Assembly (NCBI GenBank): GCA_035541975.1
Contig: DATKMH010000040.1
Coordinates: forward strand, 211,940 to 275,939
Direction: 5' to 3'
Length of the DNA stretch: 64,000 bases
From: Terracidiphilus sp.
GTDB taxonomy: Bacteria > Acidobacteriota > Terriglobia > Terriglobales > Acidobacteriaceae
A model generated the notes under the pieces. That model made no database searches. It saw only the letters and a list, made by a program, of their open reading frames with translations, and was not told where the DNA came from. The position numbers and the translations under genes are program-made. Of this stretch, positions 28,771 to 39,170 are shown piece by piece; positions within the stretch are counted from its first letter, which is position 1, and every line of letters begins with the position of its first letter.

Positions 28771-29595
28771 TCACCGCTGGCAGTTGGGGCAGTAGTGCGT
28801 TCCGCGTCCGGCCAGGAGAATGCGTCGGATGGGGGTTCCGCAGCGACGGCAGGGCTCGCCGGTTCGCTGATAGACGCAGTGCTCGAGCTGAAAAAAGCCG
28901 CGCTCGCCGTCGGCGTCTACATAGTCGGAAACCGAGGAGCCCCCCAACCGAATGGCGTGATTGAGGACCTCGCAGAGCGCGAGTCGGAGACGTTCCAGTT
29001 CAAGACGGGTGAGCCGGTTGGCGCGACGCCGTGGCCGAATGTTGGAGTGAAACAAGCTTTCGTCGGCGTAGATGTTGCCGACGCCGGCCAGCAAAGACTG
29101 ATTGAGCAGAGCCGCCTTGATGGGCGAACGCCGTCCGCGGAAAAGGGCTGCGAATTCGGGTTCACCAATGGCGAGCGGATCATCGCCTGGAGCTGCGAAT
29201 GCGGAGCGCCGATTGAGATCACGAAATTCGAGGCGGCCAAATCTTCGCGGATCGACGAAGCGCAGCTCGCGGCCGCTTTCGAGGAACAATCGTGCGTGGG
29301 TGTGAGCGGGAACAGGAAAATCGGGCGAGGAGACGAGGAGACGGCCGGTCATGCCGAGATGGACAATCCATTGGGCATCGATCTCAGAGGCGGATCGGCT
29401 TAACTCGAAGACAATGTGCTTGCCGGTGCGGTGAACTGCCAGTATGGTGCGACCGGTAAGGCCCTCGGCCTGCAGCTTGCGTGGAGTTTTGAAGGTTTGA
29501 GGAGCCCGGCTGAACCAGACCTGAACGATACGATCGCCGCGAATGCGCTTGTTGACGCCGCGCGCAATCGTTTCCACCTCAGGTAGTTCCGGCAT
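28771..29595 (-). CDS. mutM: Formamidopyrimidine-DNA glycosylase
   Basis: 'MPELPEVE', 'HLGMTG', 'GVGNIYADE', C-terminal zinc finger. Confidence 0.96.
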   Translation of the reverse strand: MPELPEVETIARGVNKRIRGDRIVQVWFSRAPQTFKTPRKLQAEGLTGRTILAVHRTGKHIVFELSRSASEIDAQWIVHLGMTGRLLVSSPDFPVPAHTHARLFLESGRELRFVDPRRFGRLEFRDLNRRSAFAAPGDDPLAIGEPEFAALFRGRRSPIKAALLNQSLLAGVGNIYADESLFHSNIRPRRRANRLTRLELERLRLALCEVLNHAIRLGGSSVSDYVDADGERGFFQLEHCVYQRTGEPCRRCGTPIRRILLAGRGTHYCPNCQR

Positions 29596-29669
29596 CGGCT
29601 CATTGTAGAGGATCGCGATGGAGGGCCATCACTGGTTAGCGGACGGCCTAGCGCGGATTCGCAGGCAGG

Positions 29670-30020
29670 CTATCGAGGATCGCCGACGAGTTCGTTTTCC
29701 TCTTCGGCCAGACGGCTCTGGAGCGCTCCCCACTGCTCGAGATAGATGACTCCAAGAGCGAGTCCGACGAGGAAGACGCCGACCGATGAGAATTCAATCA
29801 GATTCAGCTCGCGGTCCTCGGCGGGGGTCTGGTAGACCGTGGTTCCGTGAATGCCGCGGGGCACGACGCGGTTCACTTCCGGCGCGGGCCACCGGGGCAT
29901 GGTATCGAGGTAATGTGTCGAGATCATTGCAGAGACGATGAGACCTGCGAGGCCGGGAAGAAGAAACAGCAGCGCGAAGAACTTGATCATTGCCAGACGT
30001 GCAGTTCTCATCGGTTTCAC
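29670..30020 (-). CDS. Small two-TM hypothetical protein
   Basis: Two hydrophobic segments; start may be 30011 or 29990. Confidence 0.65.
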   Translation of the reverse strand: MKPMRTARLAMIKFFALLFLLPGLAGLIVSAMISTHYLDTMPRWPAPEVNRVVPRGIHGTTVYQTPAEDRELNLIEFSSVGVFLVGLALGVIYLEQWGALQSRLAEEENELVGDPR

Positions 30021-30280
30021 CTCGAATCGATAGAGATTTCCAGGCCGAGATTTTCAGGCCGGAGCGCCAAGGTGGATTCACGGCCGGATCGAGAGAGAAC
30101 GCGGAGAATGCTGTTCCCACCTAAATTCTAGAACAAAGTTCGAACCGATTGCCACGGGCTGTGTTGAATGCGGACGGAAATGATCGAGTGGTTTCGGGAG
30201 ATCATTCACGGGGATCAACGTGAAGCGAGATTAGGGCTGCGACGCGGCGGACCACATGAGGAACTACACTGAGTGCACCG

Positions 30281-31681
30281 ATGAGTGAGAAGGAAGCTGC
30301 AAGCGACACGATCGCCGCAATCTCAACGCCGCCTGGGCGCGGCGGGATTGGAATTGTGCGCGTGAGCGGGCCGCAAGCTGTGGCGATTGCAACACAGCTA
30401 GCACCGCCGCACCAATCGCTCGAGCACGGGCGGGCGAGATTTGCAGATGTTCTCGATCCGGAAGACGCGAATCGCAAGCGCATCGATGAGGCTCTGGTGA
30501 CTTTGTTCAAGGGGCCGCATTCGTACACCGGAGAAGATGTCGTTGAAATCGCCGCGCATGGTTCACCTGTCGTGCTGGAGTTGTTGCTTCGGCGTGCGAT
30601 GGAGCTTGGTGCGCGACTGGCTGAGCCGGGCGAATTTACCGAAAGAGCATTTTTGGCGGGGCGCCTTGATTTGACCCAAGCCGAAGCAGTGCGCGACCTG
30701 ATCGATGCGCAAACGCTGACGCAAGCGCGACAAGCGGCGAGCCAGATGGGAGGGGCGCTGAGCCGCCGAGCTGCGCCGGCCAAGCAGGACTTGGTTGAGT
30801 TGATCGCGCTGCTCGAAGCGGGGATCGACTTTGCCGAAGACGACGTGGATGTGACGCCGGCGACGGAGATCGGACGGCGAATTGACGAGATAGTGACGCC
30901 GCTGGCCGCGATGGAAGCGTCATTTGCCCGCGGTCGGATTGTGCACGATGGATTGACGATGGCCATTGTTGGCCGGCCGAACGTGGGCAAGAGCTCGCTG
31001 TTCAACCGCTTTGTGGAACGAGACCGCGCCATTGTCACTGCTTCGCCGGGCACGACACGCGATCTGGTGAGCGAGCGGATCTCGCTGGGAGGCATTCCGA
31101 TTGAACTTGTGGATACGGCGGGATTCCGTGAGGGCGGACATGAGGCGCTCCAGGAGGCCGAGCAGCTTGGAATCCGTCGCAGCCACGAGGCGTTGGCTGA
31201 CGCGGGGCTGGTGCTTTTGGTTCTGGATGCGACACAACCGTTGAACGATGAAGACCGGCGCCTGCTCGACGCAGTTGAGGGGCGGCCCGTTGTGATTGCG
31301 CTCAACAAGCACGATCTGCTGGCGAGCGGGAAGAAGCCCAAGCCGATTGCGGAACCGGCATTTAAAGGAATGATTGCGATTTCGACTTCGGCGATGACGG
31401 GCGAAGGGATTGCTGCTCTGCGGGAGCGGATTCTAGAGTTGGCTACGGGCGGAGCTGCGGCGGAGCCCGGAATGCTAACAAATCTGAGGCAGCACCAAGC
31501 CGTCGCCACTGCGCTATCGGCGCTGGCAGATGCAAGCAAAGCGAACGCGAGCAGCATTCCTCACGAGATGATCCTGCTCGATCTTTATCGCGCTCTGTGG
31601 GCGCTGGACTCCCTAACCGGACAAACGACGTCGGACGATATCTTGAACCTGATCTTTTCGACCTTCTGCATCGGCAAGTGA
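30281..31681 (+). CDS. mnmE: tRNA modification GTPase
   Basis: 'DTIAAISTPPG', 'GRPNVGKSS', 'PGTTRD', 'DTAG', 'FCIGK'. Confidence 0.97.
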   Translation: MSEKEAASDTIAAISTPPGRGGIGIVRVSGPQAVAIATQLAPPHQSLEHGRARFADVLDPEDANRKRIDEALVTLFKGPHSYTGEDVVEIAAHGSPVVLELLLRRAMELGARLAEPGEFTERAFLAGRLDLTQAEAVRDLIDAQTLTQARQAASQMGGALSRRAAPAKQDLVELIALLEAGIDFAEDDVDVTPATEIGRRIDEIVTPLAAMEASFARGRIVHDGLTMAIVGRPNVGKSSLFNRFVERDRAIVTASPGTTRDLVSERISLGGIPIELVDTAGFREGGHEALQEAEQLGIRRSHEALADAGLVLLVLDATQPLNDEDRRLLDAVEGRPVVIALNKHDLLASGKKPKPIAEPAFKGMIAISTSAMTGEGIAALRERILELATGGAAAEPGMLTNLRQHQAVATALSALADASKANASSIPHEMILLDLYRALWALDSLTGQTTSDDILNLIFSTFCIGK

Positions 31682-31743
31682 AATGACGACCAGCTACGAC
31701 GTGCAGACGTGCTCTCGCTCTCGCAGATCGCGGCGGAATCGAC

Positions 31744-33564
31744 TCACCGTCTCAACAGCAGGACGCTAGCGGCGCTGAGGCTTGCCAGCCCGATTGTCAA
31801 CCACAGCACGTAATCGCCCGGGTGTCCGGATTGGAAGATGCGCAGCGGCCTCAAGCCCGATTCGAGGAATGCTCCAAACCGCATATTCCGTTTGAGCCGC
31901 AATTTGAAAATGGATGTGGATGCCAACAATGCTGCGAGAACAAATGCGGAGAAGCCACGCAGCGCCGAAGTTTTCAACGCCGGCTGCCAGCCGGACAAAT
32001 GGCCCGAAACTGCAGCGCCCGTATAAACCAAATGGAGCATGGTGGCTTGCGAACTGAAAACTGCGCAGGCGTCGCGAAGGACATGCTGCCATCCTGGTAT
32101 TACAGCCAGGGCGAACGGGACCAAGATGCAAACGGCTGCCGGTGCAAATTGATACCAATATGTGCGCCGATCTTCTTTGGCAGTTTCCGGCAGTTCTCCA
32201 ACCTCCGCGGGCTCGTCCGTGGCCGGTTGGCTGCCCCAGCCAAAAAATGTGTGCATGCCAATGCGCAACACTGCGGCAGCTGTGATCATTCCGCCAAAGA
32301 CGCACACGCACGAAATCCACGGCGTGCCGATTTCCTCCGCAGCTTTGGAGATTCCTGCTTCTCCTGTCATTAAGAGGAATGGTGGCGCAGCAGCAAGACC
32401 AAGCGCTCCGAGGAACCAGAGCGCCGCTGTCCAACGCAACTCCTTGCCTTTCGCAAACAGCGCTCGTTCACCGATGGCGCGGAGGCGATGGAGCAACAAG
32501 CCTGCTGTGAAAAAAAGGCCGCCCTTGATGAACGCGTGGGCCAGTAGATAAACAAACATTCCGGCCAACGCCAGTGGAGTGCCAAGACCCAGCGCGAGCA
32601 ACATAATGCCCGCGTGACAAATCGTGGAAAAGGCTAGCATGCGCTTCAAATGATGCTCGGCGTAGCACATCAATCCGCCGACCAGGACTGTTGCCACACC
32701 GAGAGAGAGCAGGATCAGCCGCAACGAGGCCTCGTGGCCTGCGAACGTTTGCGCAAAGATCGTGAAACGCAGGCGCGCAACCGCAAATAATCCCAGCTGT
32801 ACCATCATGCCGGAGAACAGGACGCAGACCGGGGTGGGCGCAACGGCATGTGCATCGGGCAGCCAAAGATGGAAGGGAACGATGGCCGCCTTGACGAAGA
32901 AGCCGCAGATCAAAAGCGCGAATGCGAAGAGAACCAGCGGATCGTGGCGCGTGCCGAGGGCGAGTCCGATTTGCGCCATGTTGAGTGCGCCGGTAACGGA
33001 ATACAAAAGCCCGATGCTGGTCAATATCAGGAATGCCGCAATGGTATTTGTTACCGCAAAGTTGAATGAGCCTTGCAGCGGGGCGGGCTCCCTCGTCTTG
33101 AGGCCGCAAAGGGCAAACGCCGCGGTACTCATCAGCTCAAAAAACACAAAAAGGTTGAACACGTCGACCGTCAGGCTGAATCCGCACATTGCCGCAAGAA
33201 AAATCAGTATGAGCGGCTGGAAGTGATTGGATCCGGAGTCGGTCAAACGCCATGCGTAAACAAGACTGAACAAGGTCAACGTTGAGGCCACGACCGCCAG
33301 ACCAACGCCGATGGGGTCGGCAACAAATCCAATTCCCAACACGATGGCGCCGCGCGGGACCCAGTTCCCGAACCAATAAACGCTGTTGCCGTGCACAGCC
33401 CGCGCCAGAAGCGAACACGAAATTGCGAGGGTTGCCACTGCAAAGAAAACTCCGAGAGCGTCGGCCATGGTGCGATTAAGCCATTTGCGAAAACACGCGA
33501 TCAGGGCTGCCCCGACCAATGGCACAGCAACCGGCAGCGGCGTAAGCGGCGAAGGCGCGCTCAT
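31744..33564 (-). CDS. MrpD-like antiporter subunit (complex I subunit family)
   Basis: 'FNLFVFFELM', 'KAAIVPFHLWLPDAH', 'KRMLAFST', 'HAFIKGGLF'. Confidence 0.88.
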   Translation of the reverse strand: MSAPSPLTPLPVAVPLVGAALIACFRKWLNRTMADALGVFFAVATLAISCSLLARAVHGNSVYWFGNWVPRGAIVLGIGFVADPIGVGLAVVASTLTLFSLVYAWRLTDSGSNHFQPLILIFLAAMCGFSLTVDVFNLFVFFELMSTAAFALCGLKTREPAPLQGSFNFAVTNTIAAFLILTSIGLLYSVTGALNMAQIGLALGTRHDPLVLFAFALLICGFFVKAAIVPFHLWLPDAHAVAPTPVCVLFSGMMVQLGLFAVARLRFTIFAQTFAGHEASLRLILLSLGVATVLVGGLMCYAEHHLKRMLAFSTICHAGIMLLALGLGTPLALAGMFVYLLAHAFIKGGLFFTAGLLLHRLRAIGERALFAKGKELRWTAALWFLGALGLAAAPPFLLMTGEAGISKAAEEIGTPWISCVCVFGGMITAAAVLRIGMHTFFGWGSQPATDEPAEVGELPETAKEDRRTYWYQFAPAAVCILVPFALAVIPGWQHVLRDACAVFSSQATMLHLVYTGAAVSGHLSGWQPALKTSALRGFSAFVLAALLASTSIFKLRLKRNMRFGAFLESGLRPLRIFQSGHPGDYVLWLTIGLASLSAASVLLLRR

Positions 33565-33567
33565 TTG

Positions 33568-33924
33568 TCAGCCTCGGAGGGTTCTCAGCTCGTCAGGAGA
33601 TACCGTGCCGGACTTCTCGTGAGCCTTAACCACCATGGCAAGCAAAAGAGCGACCACGACGGCCTCAACGACCACGTCAGTGAGCATGAGGGCCTGGACA
33701 ATGGGGTCGACGGTGACGGTGCCTGGGGGAATGTCGGCAAAGATGGGCGCCGCGCCACCAACTCGATAACCGATCCCGAGCAGCAGGGTGTAAGTGGAGC
33801 TTTGCAGAACCGCGAGGCACATTACCGAATGCACGAGATGCCTGCTAGTTACAAGACCATAGAGTCCGCAGAAGAAGAGCCAGCCAGAAACAAAGTACGG
33901 AAAAAGGTGGAGAGCGTTTGGCAT
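33568..33924 (-). CDS. MrpC-like subunit
   Basis: 'DPIVQALMLTDVV'; start at 33924. Confidence 0.88.
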   Translation of the reverse strand: MPNALHLFPYFVSGWLFFCGLYGLVTSRHLVHSVMCLAVLQSSTYTLLLGIGYRVGGAAPIFADIPPGTVTVDPIVQALMLTDVVVEAVVVALLLAMVVKAHEKSGTVSPDELRTLRG

Positions 33925-33928
33925 GGCA

Positions 33929-34678
33929 TTAGTCCTCAGGTATCTCTCCGGTGATAATTTCTTCGAGATAGGCGTAACCAACCAGCAGAAATGCTGCGGT
34001 AACCTCGAGCCCGATACATGCGCTGATGAGAGCGATCGTGCCAGACGAAAAGACACCTCCGGTGGTTCCGAGGGGAAGAAAATTGCTCAGGAACGGCATA
34101 CCCAGGACTAAGGAGGCAAGGCCAATGAGCGCATAGGAGCCGGCGCCGAGCGCTTCAATCGCTTCAACAGTTGTATGCGAGGTGATGCGCCGGAATGATT
34201 CGGTGTTCTCGCATACGTAGAGGAGAAACGGAACGGAAGCGAGGATTACGCCGGCCTGAAAGCCGCCGCCGGGAGTTAACTGCCCATGTAAGCCGATATA
34301 GAAGCCGAAGACCACCGTAAGCGCAATCGCCGGCATCGCCGCGGCGCGGACCGTAGTGCTGAGAGGATGCCGATCCTCGACCTTGACAACGTCCCGCGTC
34401 GATTCATCTTCGTCGCGCCGGAGAAGCATCATGACTCCCAGAACCGCGGCGAAGAGGATGAACTCTTCCCCAAGGGTGTCAAACGCGCGGTAATCGTAGT
34501 TGATGGCGTTCACGGAGTCTGTAGCGTGGCGTTCGTAAACGCTCACTCGCGCGATGACATCGCCGTAGGGGCCGCGATAGCTTCCCCACGGTGGAAGATC
34601 GATGGCGGAATAACAGAAAAAGAAGAGAAAGATGCCCCCGAAAATGAAGAAGACCCGCGTCCGAACTTTTTCACGCAT
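33929..34678 (-). CDS. MrpB-like subunit
   Basis: 'DYRAFDTLGEE', 'HGQLTPGGGFQAG'. Confidence 0.88.
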   Translation of the reverse strand: MREKVRTRVFFIFGGIFLFFFCYSAIDLPPWGSYRGPYGDVIARVSVYERHATDSVNAINYDYRAFDTLGEEFILFAAVLGVMMLLRRDEDESTRDVVKVEDRHPLSTTVRAAAMPAIALTVVFGFYIGLHGQLTPGGGFQAGVILASVPFLLYVCENTESFRRITSHTTVEAIEALGAGSYALIGLASLVLGMPFLSNFLPLGTTGGVFSSGTIALISACIGLEVTAAFLLVGYAYLEEIITGEIPED

Positions 34679-34940
34679 CGCGCTCTCCCTTGTTTTCACG
34701 CGCGGCTGTGCGAAACTTCATGCGCGAAATCGCAAGCATCACCATAAGAGGCAGCGCCACCGCGCCGACAGTAATCTGTGAGAGGGCGACATCGGGCGCC
34801 TGGAAGAAAAAGAATACGAGTGCCATAAGCACTCCATAGAAGCTCAACGCAATCACCTGGCTGGTAACGTCGCGAGTTCTTACGACGCCAAACCCGGTAA
34901 CCGCAACCAACAAGAGCAATCCCGCTCCGATCCACGTCAC
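34671..34940 (-). CDS. DUF4040 / MbhD-like subunit
   Basis: 'QAPDVALSQ..VGA'. Confidence 0.82.
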   Translation of the reverse strand: MTWIGAGLLLLVAVTGFGVVRTRDVTSQVIALSFYGVLMALVFFFFQAPDVALSQITVGAVALPLMVMLAISRMKFRTAARENKGERDA

Positions 34941-35281
34941 TTCTTGCTCTCCTCATCAACCATTTCCATCGGATCGCCATCAAGCGGCTGCCAATGGCCA
35001 AGTTGCCGCGCTCGAAACGCGCGGGCTGTGGCATGGGTAACAACGGAATTGAACGCCCAGAGAATCATTGCGATCAGTAAAACCTTCCAAAACACCTGGC
35101 TGAGGCCTTGGGAGAGCAGGATGGCGAAGGCTAGCAAAACTGCTGCCCCGGTTGCGGGTAGCGAGAGATAGTGCAACGCCTGCACGGGCTCTTTCATGCG
35201 CCACATGCCGAGGACCCCAAGCCAGCAGAACAAGACCACGAGAATCAATAAAACGTTGTCAGTCGCGACTCCAATTGTCAT
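34937..35281 (-). CDS. MrpG-like subunit
   Basis: 'LGMWRM..P..ALH', 'VTHATARA'. Confidence 0.8.
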   Translation of the reverse strand: MTIGVATDNVLLILVVLFCWLGVLGMWRMKEPVQALHYLSLPATGAAVLLAFAILLSQGLSQVFWKVLLIAMILWAFNSVVTHATARAFRARQLGHWQPLDGDPMEMVDEESKK

Positions 35282-35529
35282 AAATGCTTCCCGAGAAAAC
35301 GGGCGAAGACCAGATCTCCTCCGAAAGACATCACAGCCAACGCCAGAGGCATGTCAATGAATGGCATTCGTCCGAACCCGATGGTGAACAGCACCAAGGC
35401 GATCGTGACAATCAAGCTGCCCATTTCGAGACCCACCAGGCGTCCTTCGGGCTTACCCCTCAGGCACATATCGGCGCACGGGATGAGGCAAGCCGATACT
35501 GCCGCCGCCGCGAGCAACCAATTGTTCAT
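35278..35529 (-). CDS. MrpF-like subunit
   Basis: Three TM; 'RLVGLE', 'D.PLALA..SF.G.LVFARFL'. Confidence 0.8.
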   Translation of the reverse strand: MNNWLLAAAAVSACLIPCADMCLRGKPEGRLVGLEMGSLIVTIALVLFTIGFGRMPFIDMPLALAVMSFGGDLVFARFLGKHL

Positions 35530-36071
35530 GGGGCTGCCCCGGGTCGCGCGCCCAGTGCCTGAGTCATTTTCGGAATGCCAGTGCGCTTCAAGTGATGGAA
35601 GAGCATTCGATTCTGATCGGGATCAATTCCGATGACGATGGAATTGGGCGCCATGGTTGTGTAGAAGGTGGCGAGCACTCGCCGCCCGATAAGTCGAGGA
35701 TCCGATTTGCTCGTTCGGAATCTAACCACGCGATAGAACGAACCCGTTCGCTTGTGGCGAAAAACAGTTGCGGCGAGGACCGCAATGATCTGGCAGATAT
35801 CGGTGAAGACTTGCCAAGGAACCGACCATCCCTGGGCAACATCCTGCGGTGCAAGTCGGATCTTAAGGGTTTCTGTCCGCCAGACCTGATAAAGGAAGGC
35901 GCTCGACAGGAGGATGACGCCAAAGCCGACAATCATCTCATCGACTCGAGTTCCGCCTACGAAAACAATCCACAGGACTGCTATGAACGTCAGGGTCAAT
36001 AGACAAACGCGCCACGACGGCATCCGACGATGAGGCTGGCTAGCGCGACGCACGGTTTTCTCCACGTGCAC
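35526..36071 (-). CDS. MrpE-like subunit
   Basis: 'TMAPNSIVIGID...MLFH'; start uncertain. Confidence 0.75.
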   Translation of the reverse strand: MHVEKTVRRASQPHRRMPSWRVCLLTLTFIAVLWIVFVGGTRVDEMIVGFGVILLSSAFLYQVWRTETLKIRLAPQDVAQGWSVPWQVFTDICQIIAVLAATVFRHKRTGSFYRVVRFRTSKSDPRLIGRRVLATFYTTMAPNSIVIGIDPDQNRMLFHHLKRTGIPKMTQALGARPGAAP

Positions 36072-36555
36072 GCGTCTTTGCGGCCTTCTTTGCTGCCCGG
36101 CGCAACCCCGATTTACCTTTGGTCCTCACAGCCCTTTTTGCTGCGCGGTGACGGTCCTCTGCGCCGCGCTCACGCGAAGACCTCCGGGATTGCCGGGAAA
36201 GAGCCGCGTGGGAAGCGGTTGTATGCGATTCCTTTTGGAGCACTCGCTCGCGGGCGCGTGAGGCTCGGCGAGACGGCGAGTCTTTGGTTTTCGATTGTCC
36301 GGCCTCGTATTCGCGCTTAGCACTCTTTCTTGTACTTTCTTTGGTCTTGCCTTTTTTGGGCGGCGGCAAAGGAACACCCGCGCGCCGCGCCTTGCTCAGA
36401 CCGATCGCGATGGCCTGTTGTGGCGAGCGTGCTCCATGCTTCCCTTCGCGAACGTGCTCAATCTCCTCGTGGACAAATTCTCCGGCAGCAGTCGAGGGGG
36501 ATTTCCCTTCTTTGAGGTCTCGGCGAGCGCGTTTCATTGTCTCTTCTTCCGGCAT
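36040..36555 (-). CDS. Basic DNA-binding-like protein (DUF6496-like, K/R/A-rich tail)
   Basis: 'QAIAIGLSKARRAG' motif; start moved to 36555. Confidence 0.8.
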   Translation of the reverse strand: MPEEETMKRARRDLKEGKSPSTAAGEFVHEEIEHVREGKHGARSPQQAIAIGLSKARRAGVPLPPPKKGKTKESTRKSAKREYEAGQSKTKDSPSRRASRARERVLQKESHTTASHAALSRQSRRSSRERGAEDRHRAAKRAVRTKGKSGLRRAAKKAAKTRARGENRASR

Positions 36556-36985
36556 TTGGTAATCCGCCTTTCTCTCATCGAAAGATGCACAGTTTTGACA
36601 GCGCGATGTCAGCGCGCAGGTCACCTTTCGGGACCGATTTTGATTTCTGCGGCGCGAATGAGCTCGTAAACTTTGCCAGGATTTGGGGAGCAGGAGTTTC
36701 GTTCTCGAAATTGCGAGCAGACATGCCTGCGGCTTCGAGGCTGGTGAGGCCAACGTAGGTTAGGACGCCTGATGCCAATTCCGAGTTGCTCATCGCAGGC
36801 GTTCATGGACGAAATGCGAACTGCAGCGCCGCCTGGCCTGGGAACTGAGACGATGCGACGGCGCGAGAAACCCATATGCGGCGAGAAGGCGTCCAACCAA
36901 GCAGTTGAAGCCGGAAGGATCTTCGTGATGAGCAAAGGTCCGGCGGCTTTGCTCTTTTCGGCGCAGATTGCGAAGCCGTCTTCCC

Positions 36986-38095
36986 ATGAAGCGAGTTGAG
37001 AATCCGATCAAGAGAGTCGACGTCTCGGCCTACACGATACCGACAGATGCGCCGGAGGGCGACGGAACATTCAAGTGGAATTCGACGACGCTGGTGTTGG
37101 CCGAAGTACACGCGGGCGGCGAGATTGGGATCGGATACACCTACGGGAACAAAGCTACAGCGGTTGTAGCAGAGGAACTGGGAGAAAAATGCCTGAAGGA
37201 CCGGGCTGCACTCGATTTGCCTGCGATCCACGAGTCGATGGTCGAGCAGGTGCGAAACGACGGCAGCCGGGGCATTGCGTCGATGGCGATTTCGGCGCTG
37301 GATATTGCGCTTTGGGATTTGAAGGCGAAGATTCTGCGGTGCTCCGTTTCGGATTTGCTGGGACAAGCCAAACCGAGCGTGGCCGCATATGGCAGCGGCG
37401 GATTCACGACGTATTCCAATCAGCAGCTTACCGGGCAACTTTCCGGATGGGTTTCTGAAGGCATCCCGCGGGTGAAGATGAAGATCGGCGCCGAGCCGGA
37501 GAAGGATCTTGATCGGGTTCGCGTCGCGCGCGGGGCGATCGGCGCCGAGACTGAGCTGTTTGTGGATGCAAACGGAGCTTACAGCGCGCGCGAGGCTCTC
37601 AAGTCTGCGGAACGCTTTGTTGATTATGGCGTGACGTGGTTTGAAGAGCCGGTGAGTTCCGATCACCTGGCCGATCTTCGGCGCATACGCGATCGTGCTC
37701 CGGGCGGTATGGACATCGCTGCCGGGGAGTATGGCTACGACAGCTTTTACTTTAGGCGCATGCTTAAGGCCGAAGCGGTGGACGTTTTGCAACTGGATGC
37801 GACGCGGTGCAAGGGGTTCACAGGATTCCTGGAGGGCGCGGCAATCGCGGCGAGTTTCGGTTGCCCAATTTCCGCGCACTGCGCGCCGTCATTGCACATG
37901 CACGTGGGTTGCGCGATTGCGGGTTTTCGCCATGTTGAGTATTTCCACGACCACGCGCGGATTGAGCGAATGCTGTTCGATGGCTTTATCGCGCCGGTGG
38001 ATGGGCAACTGATCCCGGACCGGTCGCGTCCCGGGCTGGGCCTGGTTTTCAAGAGGAAGGACGCAAAGCGATTCGCAGTGAAGGTCGGCCGATGA
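36986..38095 (+). CDS. Enolase superfamily protein, mandelate racemase subgroup
   Basis: 'KMK', 'VDANG', 'FEEP', 'AGEY', 'SAH'. Confidence 0.9.
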   Translation: MKRVENPIKRVDVSAYTIPTDAPEGDGTFKWNSTTLVLAEVHAGGEIGIGYTYGNKATAVVAEELGEKCLKDRAALDLPAIHESMVEQVRNDGSRGIASMAISALDIALWDLKAKILRCSVSDLLGQAKPSVAAYGSGGFTTYSNQQLTGQLSGWVSEGIPRVKMKIGAEPEKDLDRVRVARGAIGAETELFVDANGAYSAREALKSAERFVDYGVTWFEEPVSSDHLADLRRIRDRAPGGMDIAAGEYGYDSFYFRRMLKAEAVDVLQLDATRCKGFTGFLEGAAIAASFGCPISAHCAPSLHMHVGCAIAGFRHVEYFHDHARIERMLFDGFIAPVDGQLIPDRSRPGLGLVFKRKDAKRFAVKVGR

Positions 38096-38201
38096 TTTGC
38101 GACCCGCATCAACAGAGCTGGAAATTTGTGGATCGCTTGCTGATTTTCAATTGCTCGCACAACGGGCGCGAGACGGTTTTACCGCATGAGGGAGAGATGG
38201 A

Positions 38202-39170
38202 GTGAGTGATGCGCTGACAACCGAGCTCGAGCGTGACGCAAAGCATAATTTGCCAGCGCCGGCGAGTGACGCCGCGGTTTCGATCCTCGAGCACATCCGG
38301 AAGGGTTGTTTTCAGCGCAGTCTGTGCCTGGTTGTCGCAACTACAAGCGTGGCCAGCGGGCTCGAGGTCGGATATGAGCACTACAAAGGCAGCTACAGCA
38401 ACCCAGTGATGTATACGCCGGTGATTTTGAGCGGCGCGCTTGCAGGGTCGGGATTGTTGGGAATTTTCAGCCGGGCGTGCGCGCGGACGCTGCTGCGCTG
38501 GGTGAGCATTGTGACGCTGGCCGATGGAATCATCGGATTCTTCTTTCACATTCGCGGCGTGGCGCGCAAGCCAGGTGGATGGAGGCTTCCGGTCACCAAT
38601 ATTGTGATGGGGCCGCCGATTTTTGCGCCGCTGCTGTTCGGGACCAGCGCCTATCTCGGCTTGATGGCGTCGTACCTTCGGCGCGAAGAAGACTTGCGGA
38701 AACCGGATGAGAGGATTCGCGAGGCTGTTGGCGAGGTTATTCCGTCGCGTGCAGATTGGCGGACGGACCTACGCTATGGAAGATTTCAAAAGCATCTTTC
38801 GGCCTTGACGATTGCATGGGCATTTTTCAGCGGATTCGAAGCGCTCTATTCGCACTACAAAACAAACTTTCGCTTTAAGGCGCAGTGGACTCCGGTTCTG
38901 CTGACGCCGTTGCTGATGGCTGCGGCAGCGGGAGCGATCAGAAGCCGGCGACTTGCGAAAACTGCGCTGCCCGCTGCATCGGCGCTGGCGCTCGTCGACG
39001 GCGCAGTGGGTTTCTTTTATCATGCGCGCGGAATTGTGCGACGGCCGGGAGGTTTGAAGAAGCCACTCTATAACGCGATCTATGGGCCGCCGATCTTCGC
39101 ACCGCTGCTGTTTGCCGCGTGCGGATTCCTTGGACTGTTGGCGAGCCTGCTGCGCCGGGAGCGGAGATGA
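38202..39170 (+). CDS. Internally duplicated membrane protein
   Basis: Two repeats each with HYK..TP, H.RG..R.PGG and GPPIFAPLLF. Confidence 0.85.
   Translation: MSDALTTELERDAKHNLPAPASDAAVSILEHIRKGCFQRSLCLVVATTSVASGLEVGYEHYKGSYSNPVMYTPVILSGALAGSGLLGIFSRACARTLLRWVSIVTLADGIIGFFFHIRGVARKPGGWRLPVTNIVMGPPIFAPLLFGTSAYLGLMASYLRREEDLRKPDERIREAVGEVIPSRADWRTDLRYGRFQKHLSALTIAWAFFSGFEALYSHYKTNFRFKAQWTPVLLTPLLMAAAAGAIRSRRLAKTALPAASALALVDGAVGFFYHARGIVRRPGGLKKPLYNAIYGPPIFAPLLFAACGFLGLLASLLRRERR

Noticed and set aside
31744-36071. Respiratory complex I or hydrogenase operon
   Set aside because: No NuoB/C/D/H/I or NiFe subunits; only Mrp-type subunits
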